In this document: positions 1 through 13,400 of the stretch, in pieces
How positions within the stretch are numbered: the stretch's first letter is position 1
How the letters are laid out: the number at the start of each line of letters is the position of its first letter
NCBI GenBank assembly: GCA_002633005.1
Contig: NMRA01001029.1
Span: forward strand, 3,912-67,911
Source: Phoronis australis
Lineage: Eukaryota > Animalia > Phoronida
DNA length: 64,000 nt
Direction of reading: 5' to 3'
Made by a program: the position numbers and the translations under genes
The notes under the pieces: model-generated
Told to the model about the DNA's origin: nothing
Seen by the model: only the letters and a program-made list of their open reading frames with translations
Database searches by the model: none

Positions 1-849
1 TTGCATTGTGAATTGCTGTTATGAAAATCAACGCGTTTCGAGTCTTCGTGGCTCATCGACAAAACCCCGGAGATCAATTGTGCGCGCGCTTCCGACGACA
101 CTTCTGAAGTAGCCAAGCATTTTAGATGGATCCACCGCTGAAAGAGCAGCTCTATAGCTGATTTCTTTAGATAACTAGCTTCTTTACTCTAAGATATGTT
201 TTGATTTGATTAGGGAAATACTGTGGTGCCCCAACCCTGATATTCAGGCGAATTGACGTGCAACGTTTTTACCTCATCTGTCATGCCGTGTCATCGTATT
301 ACACCCCACACGTTTGAAACTCGAATTTGAGTGGTGTACAGTAAAGTTGTCTTGCGCAATATCATACGGTGTACATGTACATGTAATACTTTTGAAAAAA
401 ACTTGTTTTCCGAAGAATTGCTATTGTGGCGGGCGCCGTGGTCTGGTCGCGAGTCTGTTTGAAGATGCACTCTAACAAGTTTTGTCTATACAAGGAATGA
501 CCAAGGGGGCACTCACATTGACAAAGTGACCGCATTCGCGAACAGTTTACAGTACCAGAAATTGCGGGGAGCCTGTATTTTCACAACAAAGTCTTGCGGG
601 ACTCGTGCGATGTTCAATGGGCCTCCTAAGGAGCCCTAGTGCCGACCTCAACACCTACCGTCTTTCTACCTGCAATAAGCACCACTGCCGTTTTCTATAC
701 TGGGAATTTCCGCAGAAAGGCCCAACCGACGAAACGCCCATGCTCATGGGCATTTATTTGATGTTTGTACTTCGGGTTTCAAGCGTTCAGACACTGGGAC
801 GTTTATTTCGAAAATTGCAAGAGATGCAAATGGGTCCTGGGATACATCG

Positions 850-1160
850 TCAAGGTTTGAAGTAGTCCATGATGAACGGATCAAATTTAGTTGCGCATGC
901 TGTAAGTCTTTTGAATGGACTTGGTAACCTCAGGGGGCTTAGTGCCAACTGAGCTGCGAAACGAGATGCTGACATTGTAGAGGCGTACAAGCTCATTGAC
1001 ACAGCAGTTGACGAAGTGCAAGCGTTGGGAACAAACGTCGAAGATGTCTGGGTAGAATGGTTCCAAGAGCAGCAAACCATTGGATCCGATATACAGATTC
1101 CTCGGCAGTCCAGACAACAGCAGGATAGGACTAACGTTCCTGGAGAAATACCTACGTAAT
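850..1160 (+). mobile_element. Decayed hAT transposase fragment (Tip100/THAP12-like)
   Basis: Stop-containing frame reads LRGLSAN*AAKRDADIVEAYKLIDTAVDEVQ...WVEWF...IQIPRQSRQQQDRTNVPGEIP. This resembles the LS..LQ...DIV.A...PR...RQ..R.N.P region of Tip100/P52rIPK-type hAT transposases. Confidence 0.55.
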
Positions 1161-2777
1161 AAGTTATGATTCTACACAGTTTGTACATAATGTCGGTTTT
1201 TATACTTGTGTACAATGAAAACGAAATAGAAATTATTTTTGGTCATGCCAAATTTACCCAATACAGCAGAGGGTCTACGAGCGCACAAAAACTGATTCTG
1301 GTTTGTATTTCCACTTGGCTCTATCTGCTTCATATCCAAAATTGATTTCACGTAGTGCGTAGTTAAATTTGTTCTCAATACTTGTTTCTTCCAGTGAGTA
1401 CTACAGAACGGTGCGAAAACCCTTCCTAGACAACCTCTCGCAGCAGTTGACGACCAGATGTATAAAATACATGTATGAGCAACCACTGGGCATTAAAAAG
1501 TGTCTAGAGAGAAGTTTTCAATTCAAACTTTTTTGCATAGTACACTTTAGGTCTCGCGAGGGACCAGGCCAGCTTGATTTGTGTAGATAGTGAGTTTCAG
1601 TGTACTTCTGGTTCCTCGGCGAACTAGTCTTGTGATGTTTTTTTACCAAAGTGTGCTTTGTAAAACTATCTATCTCAGCCAGTACTGTTTGGTCCCGCCA
1701 CAGATCAACTATGTTTATAGGGATAATAAGCACAGGTGTACTTTTGGTCTCGTGACGGACCAGGCCTTTTTGTGTACTCTCAGTGTACACCTGGTCCCTC
1801 TGCGAACTGGTCCTGTTTATATTTTCACCACGATGTACAGAATGTTTTGGTTTCTTGAAACTGTTTTCAGCTGATTCGTTTCCAGATACATTTGACGTTT
1901 TTCAATTGTGGTCAACGTGATTCAGCTTAATGAAGTGATACCTAATTGTTTATTGTCGCTTTTAATAATATACTATGAGCTGAGAGCACCATCGTTTGCC
2001 AGTTTTTCTCATAATTAGACAGAACACATGTTTATTTCCAGACTAACAGTACAGGTCTTCGTTCTTAAACAACTTGAGGCTGCTGTTACGCGATCATCTG
2101 TTATTCAATGTTTTACTCCCCGTCGGGTGCTCCTTATGCTCTTGAATATTTGGTAGTTGTCTAACCCCCCACACACACCACACTTTTTCATATACGACTT
2201 TTCGTATGCTAAAAAGGTGTGTATAAGCAGATGTTCCAACAAAAATTTTTGCTGGTGGCGTAATTCATACCCAGATGTGCACAAATATGATTTCACGAAA
2301 CTTGTGAGCCACGTTCATGCGACGAAATCGAGAAGGGTTTTAAATTATCTTAAGAAAAACTCAAGAGACATGTTATTAGTGCCAGAAACTTACCAGGATG
2401 CATGGAAATTTCACTATTTGGCTACAAAAACAAAAAAATGGTCTTACGTACGGAAGGGGGAAACCCCCCTCCCGACCTCCCCCCTCTCGGCGCCACGTGC
2501 CTCGGATTCGACCTTTGCGGGAATCCTAAACCCCCCCCTTACTGAAAACGTAGATCCGCCCCTGACAAGTAGGAACGATTTCTGAACTGAAATGAAGCTT
2601 TCACAGTCGTATTATATCCAACCAAAAATTGCAAACTGCCTGGTGGAATAAATTAAGTTAGCGAGCTAGTGAATTTTTTCTTTCGTGACGTCTGTGGTGT
2701 TATGTGTCCTTTGACGGAGTACCACTGGGGAGATTTCATGAAAAAAGGTTTTGTTACTGAAACATCACCCTTTTGAA

Positions 2778-2897
2778 AGGGTTGTAAGTCCATAGCGACA
2801 CCTACATTTGTAAGGGTTATGAGTCCATAGCGACACCTATATTTGTAAGAGTTGTAAGTCTATAGCGACTCCTACATTAGTCCATAGCAACAACTAC
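2778..2897 (+). repeat. About 35-bp tandem repeat, 3-4 copies
   Basis: Unit gtaagggttgtaagtccatagcgacacctacattt recurs with small variants. Confidence 0.8.
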
Positions 2898-2907
2898 AAA
2901 AAAATGC

Positions 2908-4990
2908 TGGCGTCACGGTTAAACCGTGGTAACCGATACAGACGTGGGGCCGGGGACAGTCGAGAAAAGAAAGACTGCGAAACACGGATAAGAGAGAAAA
3001 TTCAAGAGAACATTGAACAACACTATCAGTGCATGGTTTACCTTTTGAGAGCCCTGGCCAGGACGTTGTCGTTAGGGTCGTACGGAGCGTACTAATTTAC
3101 TGGATTTTTAAATTCAAAAAGTCAATTTTGCGAATGTAAAACTATATTTTTCCAGAGGCCCCTCTCTGGCGAGAGGTAACAGAGACATAGTTCATTTTAT
3201 TTTTGTCAAAGCTGTATATCACTTGAGAAAAATCTATGACCTGTCAGATAACATCAATTGCTGCGCATTTCCTGATTTTTTAGATATTTTCATATTTAGG
3301 GGCCCTGCTCTTAAAGGAGGGCATTGATGACATTCAAGTGGCCACATTTTTGTGTTTTTATTGATAAATTCTTAAGGGATCGGAGAAAGGGCCCCTGTTT
3401 TTGTGAAATTGTACAACCGGCTTTCATGTTGAAGGAGGTCACTACCTGCATCGTTTTGGGACCACACGACGGTGGGATGAACTGTCACTCTTTTTTCCAA
3501 GCTTAATGGTGTTATAGCCTTCCATCTTAAAACGTTCCATTTCAGACGGGACCCGCTCTCTGTGGAGCAGTTGGGGGGAAATTTCCCTTTGTCTCTATAC
3601 ATATACTGAATCCGACACTGTAGTATAGTTGCCAAAAAGTTGACCCTGCAATATTGTTTACTGGAAAGTTTTGTTTTGGAAATTTATTATATGTGGTTAG
3701 GAGAATAAAATTAACTTGGTTGCAATTTGTGCAACTTTGAGCATTTTTTATAATTCAAGATGGCGGCTTCCGTTAATTTCCACACTCTGAACACTCTGAA
3801 CTGCCAAGTATTCACGAGGGAAGTTGAGATTCCAAATTCATCAAAAAAAAACAACATTCGTGCACAGCACAGCAGTGTAAGACATTCGACCCAAACAACC
3901 AAAAATATGAAAAAATACAATAGGATTGACCGTCATCCGAAAGAGTGGAATTGGTGAAGTTTCAGTGAATTTAATTGCAGCCTGATGTTGGAAAAACTCT
4001 ACAACCTGATACCCTAATAGTTAAGTACACTTAGACGATTTTTGCATATCTAAAATGACTCTCAAAGACATTGGTGAAATTCGGACTCACAAACTATGAT
4101 CGAAAAAACGTTTTAAAAGTCCTTAAATAAATAAAATTGAACTCATTGCTTAGAAAGGTTGTTCTTGTGCGGCTTGGTGTTTTTAGTTTCCAGTAGTATT
4201 AAGGAAAGAATTTTTGTTCTGACGCACCCACGTTAAAACTAATATGTAGTCATGGAGCAGGCCTGCGCAAAATGTCAGTGATCCACGGGAACTGAACGCC
4301 AGGCGTTGAAGTGTGTACATTTTTGGGACACACTGAATCATTTTCCCGCAATCACTAGAAACTGGACTACCGGTCATGTTTTGAAACAGCCCAAAAAGAC
4401 CACTATGCCAGGGACTTCGGGACCTCACTTTTTCAAAAAAAAATTCCTAAAACTGGATCACAATAAAGCGAATCTTGATCTTAGAGGAGCGGAGACGGCC
4501 GGCACGAGTGAATCACACTGAGCTGAGCTGACCAACACCTAGCTTTCAGTTCATCGGGATTGTTCGATCTCAACTGCAGCTACTTGAGACAGCTCCTCGC
4601 TACCGGTCAGTGTCCGAGGCCCATTCTTAGTGGTTCAAGGTTACTCATCTCTTGATGCCTGCATCCCCGGTATTGTTCCAGGATTTTGAGTTGGGTTGGG
4701 GGAGGGGGGGGGGGCAGGGCAGAGTATTAGTCAGGGTTTTGCCCGTCAGAGGTTCGCACCCCCGAACTGCCAAACGGAATGTGGGAGAATCTTAGGGGAG
4801 TCATGGCTCCCTTGGCCCCCTAAATCCGCCACTGTGCCCCCACCTAGGGCGGACGTGAGAGATTCAGTACACTACAAATATGGTGGCATCAGGAGGAAGG
4901 GGGCGAGGGGCGTGGCAGAGGTGGTGGTGCTGGGGGGGAGTCGAAATGGTATGTGCCCACCTCAATAATTTTTGCCTTCCTACGGGCCTG
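2908..4990 (-). mobile_element. Truncated copy of the non-autonomous hAT5-like element at 15634-18381, opposite orientation
   Basis: Colinear reverse-complement similarity to 15634-18349 in several blocks. Ends in CTACGGGCCTG at 4990; the other TIR is not seen. Confidence 0.75.
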
Positions 4991-6160
4991 AATTGTGCAT
5001 CGCCTGACAGACAGCACTAATTGCTGTTCATCTGTTTTATGAAATTATAGAGCCTTTCATGGGCTTAGCCCTTGAAGGGTCCCCGGCGTCGATCGGATGC
5101 CATCCATGAGGCTAAGCCTTTCGTGCTTTTTATTTTGAACTTTTTAGGGTACGCTTACGGAGAGAAGGCTCAGCGATGGAATGGCCGGGTTGTCTCTATT
5201 TTTCTGCTTTTGTGAAATCTGGACCGCCTCATCACGAGGGATGCCCCGCTTCCCATGTTCCCCAGTTTGGCCGTTAGTACTGCAGATATGTGAAATATTT
5301 GGAAGAATTGCGGGTTTGGTGAAACAAGCATGAAACTTTGCAGATAGTTAAGCAGTTGCTTGGGAAGATATCTGACCGTAGGGCCATTCCAAGTTGTTTC
5401 CATGGAGAATAGTGCCTGCCATTTTACAATTAGCTGCAGAAATATTTCGTGGAACGATGTATCTGCAGAAGAACGAGTGTTCGCTCATCTCCAAGTTGTA
5501 CATTGCCTCCGAGATACGCCATTGTGATTTAGACTAGATGTTTCAGCACGAAAACCAGGCATGAGCACCATCTCTGTCTCAGATAGGCAGCAAGAGAACT
5601 AGAACTAAGTCGGACTTGTTGCCAGGGATGCCTAGAAAACCGTTCCAGTGAGTGAGGATCCACCAGAGTACACTCAGGTTAATATCCTGGTCACATTTGT
5701 TTTTTGGCCAAAATATGAGTACGAACTTTAAATCAGCGCATACTTAAATAACGACATATTGATCGACGTTTCGGTTATTGTCTATAAACCGTTCTCAAGA
5801 CAAATGTTCACAATAGTCCAACCAGGTGACACAGGTAGAGAAACAGACTGTACATGTTCCTGCGTGATTTTAACATCCTGGGTGGTGCTGACATCGTCAA
5901 CATGCTGTGGACCAGGGACTGTAAAGACATTCCAAAGTTATCTCACTGGTGTCTTTCTTAGGGCGTTCTCCTGTTCAGTGACTTTACCAGACACAGAGCG
6001 GTTGTGAGCGTGTGATAACATCTAGCTCCTTTGTTTACTGCCGAGCACAGTCTTTTGTGTGGTATGAGAACATGTAGGCCAATTATCTACCAGGCTTATT
6101 AATACGTGTGAACACAGTCAAACCCTGTGCGGTACATTTGGACAGAATAGATCGTCTTAA

Positions 6161-8155
6161 ACAGTACACACCATGGATTTTTTTGCACATTTCGAATTAC
6201 CGGTGGCCACAGTATAAATGTATGACGTAAATTTTAGCCAAATCCATGATTATTTTGTGTCATTAGCTCGAAATTTTGATTTCTCTTTCATTTTTGCCAA
6301 TTTTCACATTTCCCACCATGTGACATCATGGGTTGAACACAAGAAATCAGCGACTAGCATTGAACAACGGCGGAGAGTAGGGAATTTGAAAGCGACAACG
6401 ATTATGAGCAAGAAATTAACAAATACTATGAAGAAACGTACGGGAATGGTGGCTAGGATGACGAAATGGGGTTACACGAAAGCGAGAACTAGTTTGGTAT
6501 GTTTTCAGGTGCGTACTTTTCTACTTTGAGGCCTTACGAACTGGATCCTCCCGCGAGAGAAGCAGCCTCGGGCACGGCCAGTCAACCCAGTCATCCAACA
6601 GACGATCCTGAATAAAGAGCCGATGTTTCCGAATAGTAAATATTGTCCTTTATTAAACCAGGCCTTCATCGTAACATCTCCTCTGATTGGAGTCGAAACA
6701 CGACTCCTCAAAGTGGGCAGAACACAGAGTGGCCCCGGACAGAATCGCTTGGTCCACGCTGAGGTCCCACACTCTCCTTCGGCGCACGAAGCGATGCCAC
6801 TACTGCGCAACTTTGGCGTTCTTCGGAACACCGAGACGTTCTCCGTCTGACTGTTGTTGCTGCAGCCTCCGCAAACACATCTTTTCATCCCTCTACGAAC
6901 CTTCTCGACGCTAAATATACTTTACTTTCACTTCACTCTACATAGGCGGATTTAGGGGGGGGGGCCCAGGGGGCCCGGCCCCCCCCCCCTTGGCTGCCGC
7001 AAAAAAAATAAAACAGTAAGAGCGTAGGGAAATGGTGAGTTTATTAATTAACCCCGGTAATTAAAATTATACGGATGAAAAAAGATTTAAATGTGTGCAG
7101 TTTTAGGGTGGGGGGGGGGGCTCAAATCCAATTTCAAGTGTCAAATTCGGAACACGGCGCGTTCGTAACGGAACTATGGCTAAGTATAGAATCTCCCGCG
7201 ATATCCTAGGCGACCGGCAGCGGCGCTGTGCACTACGACTCCGTTTCCGTCGTCTGCTCCACTGTGCAATGAAGAAAATTTACTTCATTTTTTAAAGAAA
7301 ATGGAACCTGAGTGGCGATGAAAAAACAGAAGCTGCTGGTAAGATGTGAATTTTAATCGAAGCCTTAGTGAATCACTCAGAAACTCACAATACTCTCTTT
7401 GTCAAACCTTATCTTAAGACGGTTTCCAAAGCAATCCCGTCATTATTGCCAACACGAAAAATGGATTTGGTCTTTTGGGCATTTGAAGACTATTTCAAAT
7501 ACGACAAATTTGTTAAGAATTGATGGCACAAAATATAAAACGTGTAATAAGCATTACAAAAAGAAGTAGGTTACGCGCGCAAACGCTGTGGCCCATAAAC
7601 AAGTACATGTAAGTCTTTTAGTATGTGAGTTGTAGTTAAATCGTGGTGGTGTAGTGGTAACGTACGCGCACTCAACCCGCTAGGTCGTGAGTACGAGTCT
7701 TCGACACTTGCATTTTTTTCCTGTTTGACACGTTCTCCGTGTTTTTTTTTTGCCTTTTTTTCTTGGATAATACTTCAGGAATCAAGGAAAATGCTTGATT
7801 TTTAGAGGTAAAAACAAAAAAAAATTCCTGGGCGGGAGGGGGGTTTGCCGACCTCCCCCCATTCGGTGCTATGCGCATCTACAATCGTGGTTCAGTTTGC
7901 GCAAATGCTTCCAGCCGGACAAAATGTTGGGCCCCCCCCCTTGTGATATCCTAGATCCGCCACTGCTCTATACACTTAGTTGCTGATCCGAACAGTGTGC
8001 CGAGCGACTTGGGTTCAACCCATGACGTTGTACATGATTATTATTTTTTCAATTTTTACGTGTTTCTTTATGAGCTGTGCACTAAAGGCACTGAAATCAA
8101 GTAAGATATAATAATAAAATTTATTTTGAGGTACTAGAGTCATGTTGCGTACACT
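6161..8155 (-). mobile_element. Kolobok-type DNA transposon relic with THAP domain remnant
   Basis: TTAA at 6157-6160 and 8156-8159, with imperfect TIR ACAGTACACACCATG / CATGTTGCGTACACT. Minus strand from 6888 reads MKRCVCGGCSN...(frameshift)PKNAKVAQ*WHRFV...LCSAHFEESCF, a THAP C2CH finger. Confidence 0.7.
6941..7965. mobile_element. hAT-type MITE nested in the Kolobok relic
   Basis: Termini CATAGGCGGATTTAG / CTAGATCCGCCACTG with G/C-run subterminal blocks. CTCTA is present on both flanks (partial TSD). Confidence 0.6.
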
Positions 8156-8399
8156 TTAACTTCGGTTGTAGTTGGGTAATTTTGGTTATTCAAAAATTAA
8201 GCACGATCAGCATTTGACGAGGAATTCAGAAATGTTATTGGTTATGTTCAAACATTTTATAACTTTACTTTTATTTTTAACATTACAGCCAATCAGGCTA
8301 CAGATGCGAGATTAGAGCAGTTATCGAACAAGAGAGCTGACCCTCCAACCATAAATGCCAGAATGGACCTAATTCCGGCAGTCGTGTGAGATATAGGCT

Positions 8400-9200
8400 A
8401 CGGCGCTCGGTCATCCGCTCAACTTGTTGTCGCGCTGAACCAGTTGGATTCAACGGGAGAACGCCGTAATTGTGCCGAAGGCCGGCCTGTCACATCCCAG
8501 CTCCGAAATGTAGTGACATGGGCGGTGCACCATAATGATGGGCTGGGGGCCCCCACTTAGTGCTGCGCCACCCTTGAGTGCAAATCTAGATAAACTATTG
8601 CCTGAAATATCTACATGTATACAGCCTGAAGGCGAACACTTGCAGGAAGTGAGGAAAGGGAATGAGTAGATGAGTCTAACAATCAAGTTTCTGCGCATCG
8701 ACGACAATGACAAGACGGAGCTGTTCTCCTTCCTGGCTTCTAACGTGGAAGAAATTGACGCCAACAAACATCTTAAGGCACTGGCGCTCTTTGCTCCAAT
8801 CTATGGGATCTGACTGGTGTAACGTCGTGCACGCAAAGATGACGAATGAGGCTATTAATGCACCTATCCTGCTGCACGGCCTACAGGACGCCGTGCAGCA
8901 GGGGCACAGTCGGCAAAGTGTCAATACGCAGAGTTGGTACAGACGTGGTAGTCCTGGCCGTACCATAAGCCAGTCGCCTCAACATTTGAACTGTGGATTG
9001 CCTTTGGAGCTGGGAAGAGCTTCAGGCTCATCGACGCTGCTCATGAAATCGTCAAAGCTTGTCTTGCATGTCGTCATACCAGATAAAACACTGTACTTGG
9101 CAGTTAACAAAGAAGCTAGATGTTATCACAAGCTCACAACCGCTTTATGTCTGGTAAAGTCACTGAACCAGAGAACGCCCTAATGCATTGGCGGAGTATG
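8400..9200 (+). mobile_element. Academ (XPG-like region) transposase fragment, decayed
   Basis: Peptides KFLRIDDNDKTELFSFLAS and FELWIAFGAGKSFRLIDAAHEI match motifs I recall from AcademX proteins. Many stops are present. Confidence 0.6.
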
Positions 9201-10429
9201 AGTTTTTGATGCCTGCGTTTAACATTCAAGATTGACGTCAATGATAAATTAACAGGAGACAAAACGTGGATTGGTGGAAATCATCAACTTCGATCATTCC
9301 ACTTTATATTGAAGGCGAAGAATACATGACCTTCTTCCGTCTTTATGATGCTGTATATCAACAGCTTCAATACGACAAGAAAATTTCCTGCATTGACTTT
9401 TATTTCCTGCCAAACTTTCGAACGCAATAAAAAATCGCTTTAGTTTCCGCTTTGCGATTGTGCTTGTTCTCCAGTATCTTCGCTTTCAAGTTCACCTTGC
9501 CGTCGGTGAGGACAGAGTCATTGCGTTATTGCTGATTTAGCGTTAGATCTATGTTGTTCGTATGGAGTCTGAGGTACTGATTAACGTCCAACGTGAGAGG
9601 ATGTTTTTCATCGATAAAAAAATTGTTGATAGACCTAGACTTACTTGTTTCAGAATACTGCGTACATGTACGGGCAGCCGTGCCCACATCGGGGATTTCT
9701 GCAAGAAGACAACGTTAAATGTCTGGTTTTGAGCAACAGGAGCTATAGAGAAGTTATGTATGCTGAAATTAAAACAATAGAAACGCATCCTTTCTTCAGC
9801 GGGTACGGGCTAAATCCTCTATTAGCGCTGCAGTAGTAGCGATATCTGCTTACTCAGGGAGACGAGACAGTAGCGCTAATGTAGTAGCACTATCTGCTAA
9901 GTTACACGTAACCGATTCAGATTTTCCGTTAGAAATATATCCACTGTTATGTATAATGACACAGCTAGTTGAGTCTAGAATAGCGCTAAATTAGCGATTC
10001 TAGAGATATCTCGATACACCTTTCTTGGCTATTTGTGATACTTGTACAATCCTTCATTTTAATGTCTACTTGTGTCTCCCATAGCACGTATGTCATTCGT
10101 TTGGGGGGGGGGGCTGCTTTGCTGGTTTAATTGTAAGAAATAAAATAACAATCGGTTTAGAGATCGAAGTCATATTTAATTGCACTGCAGACGATTCGTT
10201 TCTTGATATAAAACATCGTCAATAAGAAACCACACACCTAAAAGTGAAAAATGCAGACCTATCATCAGAATGATTCAGTTATAGTCCAATGTCAAACTGC
10301 TCGAAAGCTTTAAATTGCCTGACGGCTCTAGTTGACATACGATATTATTACAATTACACGCTCTGGTGCTTATCCTTGTCAGTCTGGCCTAGTGTGATCA
10401 CTGTCCGCTTAAGTTCATTTTTGACTTAA

Positions 10430-13400
10430 ATGAGAAGGCCACCCGATTTTATTGGTCTTTTTTGCCGTCTTAATCGGTCTACATCTACATCACCTCTTAT
10501 ACGGTCGACCTTACCTTACCGAGAGGTGTCGAGTTAACCTGTGAGGAAGGTGAGGAACGACCCAGCGACGTTAGTGATTTGTCTGCAGAGTTAATGCCGC
10601 TATATTGCGGTGCATCGTTCCAGCTAGTCCGGACTATGAAGCTGCGAAGAAAACGGGTATATCGTTTTTTCGACTTCCTCGGGAGCCCGAAAGGCTTAGG
10701 AAGTGGCTCGCGATAGTGAAGAACGAAAGTTACGCTGTTAATAGGAAGTATGAGACCGTGAAACATCTCCGTGTCTGACCGGCATTTTGTCGACAGTCAC
10801 GGTAATTTCTGACTCCGGCTTACCAAAGAACTATCCATACGTTCCGTTGTCTGTGTATGTTCACGGCGCCTCTCTAGTATTTCTTGATCAGTGTATTTCG
10901 GTTAGAACTGATAGCATGTGAAACCTAACGATACGACCCGTGAAGTCTTCGTCGGATGAGCTCTTGACTAAGTCGGGCTTGGCGCCGGGCGAGTTGCCAT
11001 GTATTCTGCGTTCTGTTTCAAAATGAATTATTCTCATCCTAACCAATGCTTATATAAAACTGAATCTGTCTCATTAGATTCAATTTGTAATCACTTTGCA
11101 GTATTCGTGAGTGCAAATGTTGAGAAGCCAGCAATGAATAAACCACTGCGTTACCGGCTTTTGATGCCGGCAACAAAGGTAATTGACCGGCCGGGCACCG
11201 AGGCCGTGTGAGCGCATGCTAATGGGGCTATTCGGAAAATCTACAATAACTAGAGGGCGTGCGTGTACTAGTGGTGATAGATTAACAGCCTCGATTTCGC
11301 GAGCCCTTTAAATACATGGTGAAATGGCTTGCAGCCGTGCCAACTGAATCTGAGATTGCGTAAAAAGGGTGCTTCTATTAGAGGAAGAAAGCACGACCTC
11401 ATACAAAGGTAAGGTTTGTGATTATTTTAACGATTATTCCATGATTATTCTACCGATGCCTGTTAACTGAGGCACTCGCCGATGTCGACTTCGCGGCAGT
11501 CAGGCGCCAGCCAAAGTCTGGTTAATCTTTGTATGTTGTGATATGTGATACGATACTTGATGTAGCAATCGGGATCTTTTCGTACATCAAAGCATTATTA
11601 TTGTTTGGAATGATTTCTAAAAGTTTATCAGTGACAGTTACATCAATCAATGCTGAATGTTTATGCTGTCAACTCGATACAGGTTAATGAGTTAAGATTA
11701 CAATCCAATCCCAATGGCAAAGGGTACGTGAGTGATAAATATCCATTGCATTAGACTATTTGTTTACTCCCTATCATATGTCTTCTGGAAATCTATTACA
11801 CGTTGAAATGGAAATCTATCACGTCAGTTTTCACGTAACCTTTGGTTTTTAGGCTTGAAGGCTTGTACCGTGCAGAGGAGATATGCATCGCTTCTGCACC
11901 TTCCCTGAATGGACAAAAATTGGTTTTTAGCATTTGACTGCTGCTAACCAACAAGATCTTCCCATCATCCAGCGCAGATCTGTTGTCAAAGCCTACTTTC
12001 AATATTGGAGACAACGAACAAAGCCTTTGAAAAGGAACAGCTATTTTTAAAGTCATTTTGTTAAATTACTTATTCAGGTCCCGAGGGGGGATTGGCATGG
12101 GGGGTTGTAATATTTGGTACAACTGAATGTGTGGAAATAACAGGTAATACATGTTTGGGGAAAAGAGCATGGTGAGGTAATTCTTATCCTTCACGAAGTC
12201 CCTTCAAGTTGATTTCATGAAACTGTTTTGCTACTTGTATCAATTGTAAAACCACGAAAATATATTACATTTTCCGAATTCACAGTGACTGAATAGTCTT
12301 AACTCATGCCTTGAAATGTTGCAAGTGGTTATAAATTCAAATGACTGCCATTTTTGTGAAAATTGCATTTTTGATGGTGCCTTACGACTCTTAAACAACA
12401 GAAAAATTATCCATGACCCAAGTCTTCATATCTTCTATTAGAAGAAAAACCTTAGGCTAGAAGTATGCTTGACAGACCCATGAACCTGTAATCTGAGTTT
12501 AAACTTGCTGAAAGTATCAAAATTAAAATGGCTTGAAAATGGGTAACAAAGGTTTGAAGTTGTCTCAAAAAAATTGTATATTTTACAGACAAGTGACGCG
12601 TTTAAAGAATTGTTATGGCTAGGGATCAAAAATAAAGACACAGTTTTATCCAATACTCATTATATACACCCTTGGTTACTGAAAATAGTAATTATTTACT
12701 TTTATGTGAAACTGTAGAGCAATCACCATATATTTTTGAAAAACAGGAATAACATTTTTGATCCAATCTGGAGTACGTAATTATTCATATTTCAATATCT
12801 GTTCCAGATTCAGTGACATTTTAAGGCCACTTCAAGCTGTATCATAGACAAACTTTGTTACTCCGTTCTCGTCCCATAGCACTTCCACACACCAGCAGTG
12901 CTGCATGGCACAATGTGCAAGTCAGTGGCCCAGGAGAAATGTGAATCGCAGTACTAAGTTACCATAAGACAATGTGTCAGTGGAGTGTCTGTGTATCCAG
13001 ACGAACTATATCTGACTGCTACACAAATAAGCCTTGTTGGTGAGGATGCTCTTTCATAGGCAATGAGTCATGTGTGGACAATAGCTTATTTCCTTTCCTG
13101 AAAGAAACATGAGGGACTGAAGATAAAGAAGACCTAGTCACACTCTGGTCTAGTTCAGAGTCTGATTTTGGGGTCAAACCGATTCAAGTGATATGCTCCT
13201 GTGTTTACCTTCAAGGGTCTAATTGTGGATGTTATTGAGGCTGAATGAGGTTACATGAAAGAAAGCCACGTGTTGAAACTGGACCTTTTTTTACAAGCGC
13301 TTCTATAGGCCATTGAAACTAGAACCCAGTGAAAAGAAAGCCAAAAGCTGAGTAACATTAAATTTTCCTTTCAGAAGAAAGGCTTTATACTATTGGTAAA

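Noticed and set aside
10165-10275. Additional hammerhead on the minus strand
   Set aside because: CTGATGA/TTGACGA and GAAAC fragments occur, but convincing stems could not be paired.
11796-12056. Duplicated 86-aa ORF (also 55216-55473) as a conserved gene
   Set aside because: The similarity simply reflects two recent copies of the same TE, and there is no recognisable domain.
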